NCBI GenBank assembly: GCA_029717555.1
Contig: JAMDHS010000131.1
Coordinates: 1-39,785 of the forward strand
Origin: Peribolospora baueri
Taxonomy: Eukaryota
Length of the DNA: 39,785 nt
Reading direction: 5' to 3'
The translations under genes were made by a program, and so were the position numbers. Numbering within the stretch: the first letter of the stretch is position 1; each line of letters starts with the position of its first letter. The notes under the pieces are model-generated. The model was given only the letters and a program-made list of their open reading frames with translations, was not told the DNA's origin and did not search any database. Shown in pieces: positions 1 through 12,011 of the stretch.

Positions 1-127
1 GATGGGCGATGACGTCCACATCGAGCGCGGCCAGCACGCTCGGCAGGTCGGTCTCAAAGCCGTGGCTGTACAACGCCATGCTGCCGTCGCCGAGCTTGGC
101 GAGCGTGCGAACGGCGCGACCGAGGCG
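1..127 (-). CDS. Possible partial coding exon of an unidentified protein running off the window edge
   Basis: Minus frame reads RLGRAVRTLAKLGDGSMALYSHGFETDLPSVLAALDVDVIAH with the C/G-ending codon bias of the real genes here. No family recognised and no clear splice acceptor; it abuts a poly-T tract. Confidence 0.3.
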
Positions 128-408
128 TTCCCCCCTTCCCCCTTTTTTTTTTTTTTTTTTTTTTTTTCGCTTCCTTTTTTTCTACCCCTCCCTTTCTTTT
201 CTTTCGCCTGCGTCCGTCCGCCCGGGCGTTCTGGGCCATGTGGAATGGGGTGCGCTCGGTGGGCGGAGCGGCGAAGAGGGACGGAAGGAACAATGAATGA
301 CCATCGCCGGCCTCGTCTCGGGTTGTGAGCCAGCCGCGTCGAGGGTGGGCCGCGTTTCATTAACGATGATCAGATAGATTAGATCTAGCCTCGCGACTGA
401 GATCGTTT

Positions 409-436
409 GTTCGTTCGTTCGTTCGTTCGTTCGTTC
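409..436. repeat. (GTTC)7 microsatellite
   Basis: Read directly from the sequence. Confidence 0.9.
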
Positions 437-1564
437 GCTCGCTCGCCGACTTGACGAGGTAGACGATTCGGACGTTTTCGTCGTTCGCTGCCCATGACCC
501 CGTCCGTGTGCGTGTGTGTGTGTACCTCTCTGTTTGTCTGACTTTTGTCTTCTTTTGTCTTCGCCCTGTCGGCTCGCTGCTCTCGCCCTCGCGCACGTCG
601 CGTCGCGTCTGGATACGATTGCTACCGTCTCGCGCACGTTGGGGTCGGACCCCGTTTCTGGCCGCGTCCGTCCGGTGTCCGACCCCGGCGCCGGTGCGTC
701 CGGTCGTCCGCTCCGCCGGATGTTGGTTGCGTCGAGTCGTCGACCCCGTCCTCGGCGCGGAGAAGAAGGAGGAGAAAGGAGAAGGAGTGTCTCGTCCAGC
801 GCTCCCGCTTCCGTCACCCTTGTTCCTCCCCACTGCAGCCGCCGCCCTCCTCGGGGTCTCCTCCCATCCTCTCCTCTCACCCTCTCCTGACAGCGTCGCA
901 AGGGCCCGCAGTGGCGGCAAGTAGGGTGATCAGGTCAGGATCAGGTCAGGATCAAGATCAGCGCCCATCTAAGGCGATCGACGTCGATCCCCCTTCCACC
1001 CTTCCACCCTTCCACTCTTCCACAACGCCCCTTCCATGCCCCTGTCTCATCTCTCGCCCTCGCACTCGCACTCGACCCTCAACTGTCGCCGCAACCCTGC
1101 TCGCTTCGCACATCGCCATCATCCTTCCGGCGTTGCGGATCCCCGACCAACCGAACCGAACCAAAGCACGCGCCGAAGCTCGCCTTTCCTGTTCTCCTTC
1201 CTCCTCCTCCCCCTCGCCTCGCTCCCTCTTCGCCCGCCGTGTACAGCGCAACATTCAGCTCTCCTTCTTTCTATCTGCACGCAGCGATCAAATTTTTTTG
1301 CTTCCCCGTCCCTTTTTTCACCCCCGTCACATCGCTAGCTCTCGGGCACCATGCCTCGGCCCCGTCGGCGGCGTTTGAACTGGCGACGGACGGGCTGCTG
1401 CTGGGGCGCGGACGGGAGGGAGGCGTACGGGTTCAGCACAGCTCCGCCTCCCCATCGGAGCTCGAGAGAGAAGGGGAGAGAGAGCGAGCGACACACTGAG
1501 AAAGAGGGAGAGAGAGGAGAGGAAACAGCGCACACACCTCCGCCTCATACGCTGCCGTCAAACG

Positions 1565-1572
1565 CATAAATA
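1565..1572 (+). promoter_or_regulatory. TATA-like element upstream of the expansin-like gene
   Basis: CATAAATA followed by a CT-rich leader, ~150 nt upstream of ATG 1722. Confidence 0.4.
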
Positions 1573-1721
1573 CAGGCCTCGCTCCCCCCTCATTCTCTCG
1601 TCCCTCACGAACAGGTTTCTCACCCTCCTTCCTACCCACTCCCATACCCTTCTTCCACACCGACGCTTACGTCCTGACGAACCAGCTCCTCGCTCCCTCC
1701 ACAGTCGTTCTCTTCGAAACC

Positions 1722-2696
1722 ATGTTTGCCAACACCCTCTCCCTCGTGGCCGCAGGTCTCGCCCTCACCGCCGCCGCCTCCGCCGCGCCCCTCTCCAAGC
1801 GCTCCTTCTCGGGCCAGGCCACCTACTTCGACGTCGGCCTCGGCGCCTGCGGCTGGACCAACTCCAACTCGGACATGATCGTCGCCCTCAACACGGCCCA
1901 GTACGGATACACCGGCGTCGCGTCCTCCTACTGCGGCCAGTGGGTCACCATCACCAACACCCAGAACGGCAAGACGGCCAGCGCCCAGATCGCCGACGCC
2001 TGCCCTACCTGCTCTAGCGGCTCGCTCGACATGAGCCCCACCCTCTTCCAGTCGCTGGCCAGCGGTGGCCTCGGCGAGGGCGTCTTCCCCATCTCCTGGA
2101 CCGTCGGTGGCGGCTCTAACAACAACGGCGGCGCCCAGTCGTCCACGACCACTTCCGCGCCTCACACTACGCAGACCCAGGCCTCTCAGCCCACGCACAC
2201 CGCCCAGAAGTCGTCCTCCTCCTCGGCCGCGCACCCCACTTCTGCCGCGCCGTCTCCTTCGTCCTCGGCCCCCGCGGACAACGACCGCGCCTACAAGGTA
2301 TACGGCGCGCTCAACGTGCTCAACTCGACGCAGCTCGCCAAGGTCTTCAAGGCAGTCAACAGCACCTCTTCGTCGGCTAACAGCACCGAGAAGTACGCCG
2401 CGGTGATCGCACCGTCGCCCGCTTCCAACGGCACCGACCTGTCCAAGCACAAGGGCGAGTACGTGTCCATCTGGAACAAGACCACCAACGTCACCGCGCT
2501 CGCCCGCGTCGCCGGCTCGTGCGCCAACTGCACCGAGAACAGCGTGGCCGTCAGCCAGGCTCTGTACGACCTCCTCGCCCCCGCCGCCGCCGCCAACAAG
2601 TCCAACGCCACCGCGTCCTCGCCCTACGTCTACTGGCACTTGCTCGCCAAGGACTTCAACCTCACCGCCCGCAACGCCACCCTCGGCAGGCTGTGA
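1722..2696 (+). CDS. Secreted expansin-like / RlpA-like double-psi beta-barrel (DPBB, loosenin-type) protein, 324 aa, intronless CDS
   Basis: Hydrophobic signal peptide, then KR, then DPBB motifs GQATYFDVGLGACG...IVALN...CGQWVTITN...IADACPTC...SLDMSPTLF...PISW. A Ser/Thr-rich linker and a second divergent DPBB-like unit follow. Strong codon bias. Confidence 0.9.
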   Translation: MFANTLSLVAAGLALTAAASAAPLSKRSFSGQATYFDVGLGACGWTNSNSDMIVALNTAQYGYTGVASSYCGQWVTITNTQNGKTASAQIADACPTCSSGSLDMSPTLFQSLASGGLGEGVFPISWTVGGGSNNNGGAQSSTTTSAPHTTQTQASQPTHTAQKSSSSSAAHPTSAAPSPSSSAPADNDRAYKVYGALNVLNSTQLAKVFKAVNSTSSSANSTEKYAAVIAPSPASNGTDLSKHKGEYVSIWNKTTNVTALARVAGSCANCTENSVAVSQALYDLLAPAAAANKSNATASSPYVYWHLLAKDFNLTARNATLGRL

Positions 2697-3656
2697 CAAA
2701 CCCAAAATTCACGGGACGAGGCGCGGCGCGGCCCCTCCCCGAAAATTAAGCAGATAGAGTCGATCTCTCTCGTCTTCCCTCTTCCCTCTTTCTTCCCGCG
2801 TTCACATCGCAAATTTTTGCTTCTTTTTTCCATCGCTTCCTTCGGTTTCTTTCGCATGCGCAAACCAATGTCTTTTTCTTGCCCTTCCTCCGACGGCGGC
2901 CCGGTGGCCGCCGTCCCCTTTTTTTATTCCGGATCGGACCGAAGCTGGTTTTGTTCGCCTTCGTGTTTCGTTTCTTCATGTAGCATTCCCCCTCCTCCGT
3001 CGCCTCGTGTCGACGGACGAACCGCGACCGCGAACCGCGGAAAAGCGTCGGCGCGCGAGCGGAACTTCCCACGCGCCCCTTGTATCCTTTTTCCCTCCCT
3101 CACCCCCCCACACACACGAACCCCCCAAGCCGCCGTCGTCCAGGGTACGACGGCCGTTCCCCCTCCTCGGCCGCCAGGCGCGCCCATGTAACCCTCCGCC
3201 AAGAAACCTCTTTTGCCCCTTTTTTTTTAGTTTAGTTAGCATGGGCTACGAATGAAACGGGATGTGAAATTGAAGATTTAAATGAAATGAAGTCGCATGT
3301 GCGTTACGGGTGCGGGACCACTACTAGTTTTGTCAACGTCTTCTCCCCTCCCCTCCGTTTCGTATGTCTCCATCTCCATAGGTCCATCCCTCCAGCCGTC
3401 CCTTGTTACGCCGGCCGAAGGAGAGACCAAGGCCTCGCGAGCGAGCCGAGGGTTTAGTTTCCATTCCATTTCAATTCATTTCAATTCCATCTCCGAGCGA
3501 ACGAGCGAGCGTCGCGGGGTGGGCAATAGAAGGGGGGTGGGAGATCGAAAACGAATACGAATACGAATGACACAGGGGGAAAAGAGGCGTCCGTCGGGTG
3601 TGAAGCTCGCTCTCGTTCGTTTCCTTCCGGTTGCTCCCTCCCTCGGTCCGGCCGGC

Positions 3657-4588
3657 TCAGACGCCGCCCTTGAGCGAGCCTGTGATGGAGAAAGGAAGGG
3701 AAGAGCGAGGCGGGCAAACGGAGATAGGGGGTCGGCGCTCAAATGAGATGAGAGAGGAAACGACCCGGACAGGACCGGACCGAACCGACGACCGTCCGGC
3801 CCGTGGAAAGCAATACTCACTCGTCGCCTCCTTCTCGGCCTGGTGCTTGACCTGAAAAGCCATGGGGCAGACGCAGACGAGAGGGAAATCGGTTCAGTCG
3901 GCGCGCGCTCACTTGCGCAACACCGGGCCGTCGAGTCGAATCGAGGCTTACCTTGGCCTTGTCGAGCATGTTCAGGCCCTTGGTCTCGAACAGCCGTTCG
4001 ACCTGCGCAGCGACGGTGGAGAGAGATGAGCGTGTGTGTACGTGCGACCTCGCATATCGCTTTCCCTCCCTCTGCCCTCCGGCCCCTCTCGCTTGCCAAC
4101 CGTTGCCGTACAAGACAAAGAACAGATAAAAACAAAAAAGAAAACAAAAAAAGACCAGGAAGAACTCACAATGCCACCGGCGAGACCGGCAACGATCTCC
4201 TTGGCCTTCTCGTGGTTCACTGGCTCGCCGTGCTGGCTCTTGTGCTTGTTGTACTCGTGCATCGCGGCGTAGGACGCGGCGGCGGCGATGAGCTCATGCC
4301 TGGGGAGGCCAAGGGGAAGGGAGATGGATGTCGAATGGGGTGGGTGAGTTGGGCGAGAGCGAGTGGAAGGAACAGGGGGACGGTGCGCGGGACAGGACTC
4401 ACGACCAGTGAGGCTTGTGCCCGCCGCCTGGTGTCACAACAGACATCGACAATCCGCGTCAGTCAGTCGAACCAGGGCAGGTCAAGTCGACGGAACGACG
4501 GCAAGGAACAGTCGCGGGCCAGGCACGTTCGACGACGCTCACCCATCACCTCGTCGTGCGCATTCTTGTGGTGGTCGAGAAAACCCAT
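3657..4588 (-). CDS. cipC: CipC-like small protein (DUF3759 family), 101 aa, 6 exons
   Basis: Exons 4588-4543, 4427-4403, 4299-4170, 4002-3952, 3851-3821 and 3679-3657 (all GT-AG, phases consistent) splice to MGFLDHHKNAHDEVMGGGHKPHWSHELIAAAASYAAMHEYNKHKSQHGEPVNHEKAKEIVAGLAGGIVERLFETKGLNMLDKAKVKHQAEKEATSSLKGGV. SHELIA..A, H..AKE..AG and ETKGL..LD match the CipC pattern. Confidence 0.88.
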
Positions 4589-4690
4589 CTTGGAAGTGCG
4601 TCTGTGGTTTCTTTTCTGACAGAGAGACGAAGGGGGATGTGGAGAGACGGAGGAGGAGACGATAATCCGACCGTCGCACGTTCGTCCCGT

Positions 4691-4698
4691 CTTTTATA
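4691..4698 (-). promoter_or_regulatory. Canonical TATA box of the cipC-like gene
   Basis: TATAAAAG on the minus strand ~100 nt upstream of ATG 4588. Confidence 0.6.
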
Positions 4699-5122
4699 CC
4701 CCGCTCTCTCTCGCTAGCTGCTATGCTGGGACCACAGCCCCGGCTGTGCTCGCCCGTCACGTTACGTTGTCACGTTCGACGAGGCAAGCAAGGCAAGGCA
4801 AGGCAGGGCAGGGCAGGGCAGGGCACTGCTGTCGAAGCACCGCCTCGTGTGGTGTCCAACGTCGGGCTGCCCGTCGTTCCCTCGAGCGTCGCTCGATCGT
4901 CATAACACGCAGATACCGAGCTGCAGTCGCCGTCATCTCTGTCCTGGCTGCTTCTGGAACGCCCGGCTGATCTTGCCTCCGCTCGGCGTCGGCTAGTGCG
5001 TCCGTCCGCTACGTGCATCCGCCGTGTACATGACGTAGCCAACGTCCACGAGGGAAAAAAAGCAGAAAGAAGAAATGGCGGGTGGCGGAGTCGAACGGAG
5101 GACGCTGACTGACGATCGCCCT

Positions 5123-5130
5123 CTGATTGG
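5123..5130 (-). promoter_or_regulatory. CCAAT box (CCAATCAG) in the cipC/SDH2 divergent promoter
   Basis: CTGATTGG on + is the NF-Y/HAP consensus, ~205 nt upstream of the SDH2 ATG. The CCAAT-binding complex is a known regulator of fungal respiratory genes. Confidence 0.45.
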
Positions 5131-5334
5131 GCCCAGCCGCGCAGGTAGCCGCCGCTTCTCCCGGCCGGTCCCGGCTTGGCCCACGGCGACGACACGACCG
5201 CCTTCTTCGCCATCATCCATCATCCATCCCCCAATCCTCAATCAACCCCGCGTCTTACTCTTCCTCCCAACCTCCCCGTCTTCCCTCGCGCCGCCCCCCT
5301 TCTCCTAGCCCTCCTCCGCACAGCCCGCCGCAAC

Positions 5335-7017
5335 ATGGCCTCTCTCCTCCGGCCCGCCTCTCGCCTCCTCGCTCGCTCCACCGTCGCAGGCCCGTCCTCC
5401 GCAACGGCCTCGTCCAACGGCCTCCGCGCCTTCACCGTCTCCGCCCCCGCTCGCCTCGCTACGCCTACCGAGGACAATGCCGCCTCTTCTCCGACCGGAA
5501 AGCCCACGCACATGAAGCAGTTCAAGATCTACCGATGGGTCAGTCCGCGTGCCACATAGACCGCCACGCCAGCGCGCTCGCACGACCTTGCCTTCTCTCC
5601 AACGGCCACCGTCCGCGGGCGGGCTTGGAAGTAAAAAGAAGTTTTCTGAAAAAGGATCGGTTTAGCTAACAGCGCCATGAACCCTGCCCTCCCTGTTCTC
5701 GCCTCTGTCGCCGCTCTCCCGATCGTGTCGCCTCCAGAACCCAGATAAGCCTGCGGAGAAGCCTTACATGCAGACGTACGAGATCGACCTCAACGCGACC
5801 GGGCCCATGGGTGAGTCGAGCCGAGCCGAGCCGAGGATGTCCCCATCCCGATTTATCACCACTCATTCGCACCTTTCTCCTCTTCTCGCCGGCGCATGTC
5901 CCAGTCCTCGACGCGCTGATCAAGATCAAGAACGAGATGGACCCCACGCTCACCTTCCGCCGCTCCTGCCGCGAGGGCATCTGTGGCTCGTGCGCCATGA
6001 ACATCGACGGCGTCAACACGCTCGCCTGTCTTTGCCGCATTGAGAAGACTTCCGACACCAAGATCTACCCTCTGCCGCACAGTGAGTTCTCGTCTCAAGG
6101 CTGGATGGCAGGCAGGTGGGGGCAAGAGAGGGGGGGAAGCCGGGGTGTGGTACGCGCCCCTCACCATCTTAAACTCGCTTCCTTTCGTCACCTCAGCTTA
6201 TGTCGTCAAGGACCTCGTCCCTGACCTCACCCAGTTCTACAAGCAGTACCGTGCCATCAAGCCGTAAGTGTTTGCCGCCACGCCGGGTTTGACATGTGCA
6301 GACGGAAGATAGAGCACCTGATGGCTCTCGGCCGTCGCTTTCGTCGTCGCGCCCCTGCAGTTACCTTCAGAGCAACGCGAAGCCCGAGCGGGAGCACTTG
6401 CAGTCGCCGGAGGACCGTCGCAAGTTGGACGGCATGTATGAGGTAAGCGCCGGTGCGCTTGGCTGCAGTCGCCCGAATCGTGTCGCTCACCTACATTTTC
6501 GTTTTCGCTTGGACGTGAACGCAGTGCATCCTTTGCGCTTGCTGCTCCACCTCGTGCCCGAGCTACTGGTGGAACCAGGACGAGTACCTCGGCCCGGCCG
6601 TCTTGATGCAGGCTTACCGGTGGATCGCAGACTCTAGGGTGAGTCGCGGTTTTCCTTCTAGCGAACCCAGCTCAGCTAGTCGCGCATAATCTTGTCTTCG
6701 AGACTGATCACTCATTTCCTGTTGGCGGACGTCCGTTCTTGCTTGACAATGGATGGAAAGGACCAAGCAAAGGCGGAGCGCACGGAGCAGCTGCAAAACA
6801 CTTTCTCGCTCTACCGCTGCCACACGATCTTCAACGTGGGTGTCCAACTGCCATTTGACCCTTCCTCCTTTTCTCTGTGCTGGCGAGGCGGCAATGTGCG
6901 GCCACTGACGTGTCGCCGTTCTGCGCTTCACCTCGACAGTGCACCAAAACTTGCCCCAAGGGACTCAACCCGGCAAAGGCGATCGCTCAGTTGAAGATGA
7001 CCCTCGCCTCCGCGTGA
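5335..7017 (+). CDS. SDH2: Succinate dehydrogenase iron-sulfur subunit (complex II SdhB), 289 aa, 8 exons
   Basis: Arg/Ser/Ala-rich mitochondrial presequence; [23 protein letters not shown]...[21 protein letters not shown] and [19 protein letters not shown]. Exons 5335-5538, 5738-5810, 5905-6081, 6197-6263, 6361-6442, 6525-6638, 6761-6835 and 6940-7017 keep frame. Confidence 0.97.
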
Positions 7018-9012
7018 GGAAACTGATCTGACCCGTGTAGGTGGTCGACTCGCATGGGTGGCGGTGACAGGCTTTCGCACCTGTTAGGCACGGGGAACCC
7101 CGGTCCGCGCTGCTCGCCACGTGTCGCTCCTTCGGCTTTATTGGCCTTTCCACCTGCGGTCCGCCTCTCCCTTCCCCTTCTTCTCCCTTCCCGTTCTCTT
7201 CCTCGTTCGGCTCGACCCATGCGGCTTCCCCACACCGACTGATCGAATCGGTCGATCATCGAACCGCCGTGGGAGTGGTGCGATGGCGCGGGCAGACGGC
7301 GCGACGTGGAGCGTATGTATCCAATCTTTATCCGTTTCCCTGTCGTCGTCCTTCTTCACGTACCGTAGACCACGTTTCCCGCTCGGACAGCCGTTCTTAC
7401 AATGGAAGCGTTCCAAAGGCCGTTTAGGGCAGTGGCCAGATCGCATCGCATTCGGACGATCGATGCGGCGCGGCTCCCCGACCTAGGCGCGCGAGGCGTC
7501 TTGAAAAGTTCGACGAGGACTCAGCGTTTCCGACATTGATGATGATGAGCATGTCAGGCCCACCTAACACACCGTGTTCTCTCCCGCTCATGGGCGCGAT
7601 TGAATCTGTTTAAGAGTCCTTAATAAAGCAGGCCGTTATCAGCGATGGCCGCTTCGTCGCTCATCCGTCGCCGCAGCATCCAGTCGAGCCTGCCTGTCGT
7701 TGCCATGCGACGGCGTCCCTCCGCCCATTTTATCTCCATCACCACCGCCGCCGACCGTCTTTTCTGACGGTCCTTGCATTCGCTCGTCCGGCACCTGCGA
7801 TTGATTCGGTCGATTGGCTAACCGATGGACTTTCTCACATTTCCAGAAAGCGAAGCGTGTGCATCATCGTAATCCTCCTCCTCCTCGTCGTCGTCGTCGT
7901 CGCCATCCAGTAGCCGCCCCTTACTTAACGACGTGTATCATGGGCCTGCACCTCGTAGCGACCCGTCTAGTTAAATACAACGTCGTTCGGACCGCTTGGC
8001 GGCTGTGCTGTCGTGCAGCGACCTCCGTTCAGCCCAGCTTCATTGTTTCTGCCTGTATGCCCCTCCCCGCTTTGGATCTGTCCCACCCACCCATTCTTCT
8101 CTCAGTCACGCTCGTCGCCATGTCCCACATCCCATCGTTCTCGACGGATCACCCGCCTGCCGAACAAGCCTCCTTTCCCAGGACGAAGCTACCGACGAAC
8201 GACTGGACCAGTGCAAGGTCGCCTCGGAAGCCCGGCCCGGAGCCGTTCTTGCTCACAGATGAGAACTGGTTGACTGACCGTAAGACCGTGTCGCGCAGGC
8301 TTGAAGGACGGGATTCGAACGAGCCCGTGTGTACGATTTCAATCGCCGTCGGCTAACACGACCAGGCGAGCTCGAGCCAAAGGACTGTCCGTCAGCGTGC
8401 TCTCCGCTTCCGTCTCCTGCCAACTTACATTGACGGCGTCGCTTGTCGACGTTGTCTGGTCGATCATATAGACCCAGCCCGTGGATAAAGCCGTCGTCGT
8501 CCTCTCCTCGTCCCTGCTCTTATAATTTATTCATCACCTCCCTTTTCCCTTTCGCTTTTTCTGTGTCTCCCTCCTCCTCTTCCCTCCCCTTCATCTCCGC
8601 CCTGATCGGTCAACTTGCTCGGATCCCCTTCAGGTTTCCGGCTCGCCGCCTCAACGGCCCCGGCTTTCTTTCCCTTTGTCCTCTTCCCCCCTCCTTTTTG
8701 TCGTCCGGCTTTGCACGAACCCCTTTCCCCCCTCCCTGCTCCCACCCCCGAGCCGGACTCGGACCGCATACTCACTCGCACATAGGACTGGTTCCTGCCT
8801 CGTTCGCCTTTGCCTTACTCTTGGATCGATAGTCCGCTGCGCGGCGTACGCTCCTTTTTCTTTTGTCTTTGACCTTCCCTTTGTCCCTTTCGAATAGACT
8901 GGAACCGACGGTTTCTCCAATTCCACCGACACCGTCATCGCCACCCTCCCTTTCCTGCTCCTAAGCCCCCGCCTTTCCCACTCCGAACGATAAAAAAAAA
9001 CCTTGGCCCGAC

Positions 9013-11426
9013 ATGCCCCTGCCCAGGGACAGCGAGCCGAGCTTTTGGAGGCGCGAGTTCACCGGCCGCAAGCTGCTGTTCAATGTGCTCTGGTACGGTG
9101 CCCACATTGGCATGTTCATTTATGGATGGGTCTCTCAGGTGGGTCTTACGCGCGGTCGCGCGTCGTTCAGATGCATTGGTCAAGCGTTGTCGGCTCTGGA
9201 GGAGCGGGGCTTGGGAGGACCGGGAAGGCGAAGGAAAGACAAGACGGCCGGGGAAGGGAACGGGCAGAAAGAGCGACGACGTATCTGACTGATCATTCCG
9301 TTCCTCCACCTCGCCTCCCTCTCTTGTTCAACCTCTTTTTGCATTTTATCAATGTCAGGAACAAAACCAATCCTTGGCGGCGCTCAACAAGCTCAGGTTC
9401 TCCGTCTGGATCTCTCGCGGAGCCGGTTTTGTCTTGGGCTTTGACGGTACGCTCATTCTCATTCCTGGTGAGTACGTCCGGTGCTGGCCGGTGGTGGCGT
9501 GGTCACTCTTTACTGGGAAGGAGAGGTGACGACGAGCTTGCTCTCAAGGAGAAAGAAACGCCTTTCCAGTCAGCCGGTTTCAGGCGTTGCTGACTCTCCA
9601 CCGCCCACTCTGAACGGTTGCAGTCTGTCGCAACCTCATTCGAGTGATCCGGCCTCAACTCACTTGGCTCATGCCATTTGATGAGAACCTTTGGTGCGTC
9701 CAGGACCTGTGCTTCCCTCCTCGGCTGAACGTGGACGCTCACGTCCCTCGCTTCCTTCATCGTTCCTCTGTCCCCATGCACTCCCTGGCCGCAGGTTCCA
9801 CCGGCAAGTGGCTTACCAGCTCCTCTTCTGGTCCATCGTCCACACCACTGCCCACTATGTCAACTTCATCAACGTCGAGCGCACCCAGATCCGACCCGGC
9901 GGTGCCTATCAGATCCACTACGAGCAGGCAGGTGGCATCACGGGCCACGTCATGAACTTTATCATCTTCCTCATGTACACCACCGCCCACCACAAGATAC
10001 GCCAGCAATGCTTTGAGGCGTTCTGGTACACACATCGTGAGCTGCACCGCTCGGTGCCGTTAGACATTTGCTGTTATCTTTCTTGGCAGCGCCCAATTGA
10101 CCTCCTTCCACCTTCTGTTCTTGCGCTCGTCTACAGATTTGGCGTTCTTCTTCATGATCGCCTTGTACACGCATGCCACGGGCTGCTTCGTCCGTGACAC
10201 CACTCACCCAGCATACACGGACACGTTCCCCTTCTATGACGCCAAACAGTGAGTAACTCCCAATGGATTGGAAAAGCTCTCTCTTCCGCGTCAGCCGGAA
10301 GACGTCCTGATCTCTCCCATTCGACGCGCCCGTCCTTTCACACTCGTTGCGCGCAGCTGCGAAGGCTACGAGACCTGGCGCTTCACCATCTGGGGCGGTA
10401 TCCTCTACTTTGGCGAGCGTGTCTTCCGTGAGATCCGCGCGCGACGCGAGACCAAGATTGTCAAAGTGCTCATGCACCCCGCCGGCGCTATGGAGATTCG
10501 GTTCGTAAAGCCCAGCTTCAAGTATATCAGGTGGGTTGGGCTGTGCGCCGGTCGGCTATGCCGTCCTCCCGTTTGTGAAGTTCCGAGTTGGTTCTTCTGC
10601 GGTTCAGAACCGGCTTGCGCGTTCGGGAAGCGGAGTTTGAGTTACGAGCTGTTCGCTACTTCCCCCCCCACCTTCTCGCAGCGGGCAGTGGCTCTTTGTC
10701 CAAGTCCCGGAGGTGTCTCGTTGGCAGTGGCACCCGTTCACCATCTCCTCAGCCCCGGACGACCCGTACGTGTCGGTGCACATCCGCCAGGCGGGAGACT
10801 GGACGCGCGCCCTCGGCGAGCGGCTGGGGTGCACGCGGGCGCTGGCCGAGCAGCTCGACCGTGCGAGCAAGGGCGATGCGGACTTTGACGAAAAGACCGG
10901 ACGCAATTCGGTGGATCAGTACTGGGAAATCGACCCTGCCACCATGATGCCCGGGCAAAACCTGCCTCGTCTGCGCATCGATGGCCCTTACGGCGCACCC
11001 ACCGAGGACGTCTTCAGGGCAGAAGTGGCCGTCCTCATCGGCGCCGGTATCGGCGTCACGCCGTTTGCTAGCATCTTGAAGGAAATTTGGTGCGCGTGCG
11101 CGGATTGGATGCGACAAGGACAAGTCAGCGACAAGCTCACATCTTCTCGCGCGTCGTATTCCGGTGGTCACAGGTATCGTCAGCAGAAGAAACAGTTGGG
11201 CGCGTTGCGCAAGGTCCATTTCATCTGGATCGCCAAGTGAGTTTCGATCTGAAATTTTGGCCTTTTCTCATTCGTTCCGCTCGACCCTCCGCTGCGCTTC
11301 CGCCACTGAGCACCCGGCGTGGGATACCCGCTTTTTGCGCGTTCGCAGGGAGACGTCGTCGTTCGGGTGGATTCAGAACCTCCTCTCGCAGATCGAGGCC
11401 TCGCAAACCGATCGTGAGCTGCGTTT

Positions 11427-11457
<31 letters not shown>

Positions 11458-12011
11458 CGGCATCGCCAGTGTTATGTTACTCAACTCGCCTTTCCTTTTG
11501 CTGTCCACCTTCCCCTATCAGCGAACTTCCTCACCATTTCGCTCTTTCTCACCGCCAAGCTCACCGAAGACCAAGCGGCCAATGTCATCCTCAACGACGT
11601 CGGCTCCGACGTCGACCCCCTAAGTCTGCTCCACTCCCGAACTAACTTTGGCCGCCCCAACTGGCGTCCCATGTTCGTCAACATGGCACAGGCCATCGAA
11701 TCGGGCAGCTACTTGCCCGGTCGCGAGAGCTCGCTGAAGAGCACCGTCCACGTGAGTAAATCGATCAGGCTGAATTGGAGGACGCGAAACCGGGTAAAAT
11801 GGCTCGAGATGATCCGCGAGGACTCGCGGATTGTGGATGTCGGTCACGCTGACCAAAGCTTGAGCCCTTCTCTGCCTCGTCTCGTCTCGTCTCGCCCACG
11901 CACCAGGTCTTCTTTTGCGGCCCCACGCCGCTGGCCAAGTCGATCCGCTTGCATGCGAAGGCGGCAGCGACCGAGCAGGTCAGATTCACGTTCAGCAAGG
12001 AGCACTTCTGA
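9013..12011 (+). CDS. noxA: NADPH oxidase catalytic subunit NoxA/Nox1 (gp91phox-like), 11 exons
   Basis: Spliced motifs: SVWISRGAG, heme His in FHRQVAY...HTTAHYVNF and FWYTHH...YTHATG, FAD motif QWHPFTISSAP, NADPH motifs IDGPYGAP, LIGAGIGVTPFASIL and VFFCGP, C-terminal FTFSKEHF*. No NoxB-type N-terminal extension or EF-hands seen. Confidence 0.93.
11428..11457. repeat. (TGT)10 microsatellite in a noxA intron
   Basis: Read directly; it explains the spurious poly-Cys/Val/Leu runs in the ORF track. Confidence 0.9.

Noticed and set aside
1632..2705. Long antisense ORFs such as 1632-2705, 30199-31452, 20860-21822 and 22697-23359
   Set aside because: Shadows of GC3-biased genes on the opposite strand, with no independent protein motifs.
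8306..8328. B-box-like GTTCGAATCCC on the minus strand
   Set aside because: The stem is interrupted and there is no other cloverleaf element.
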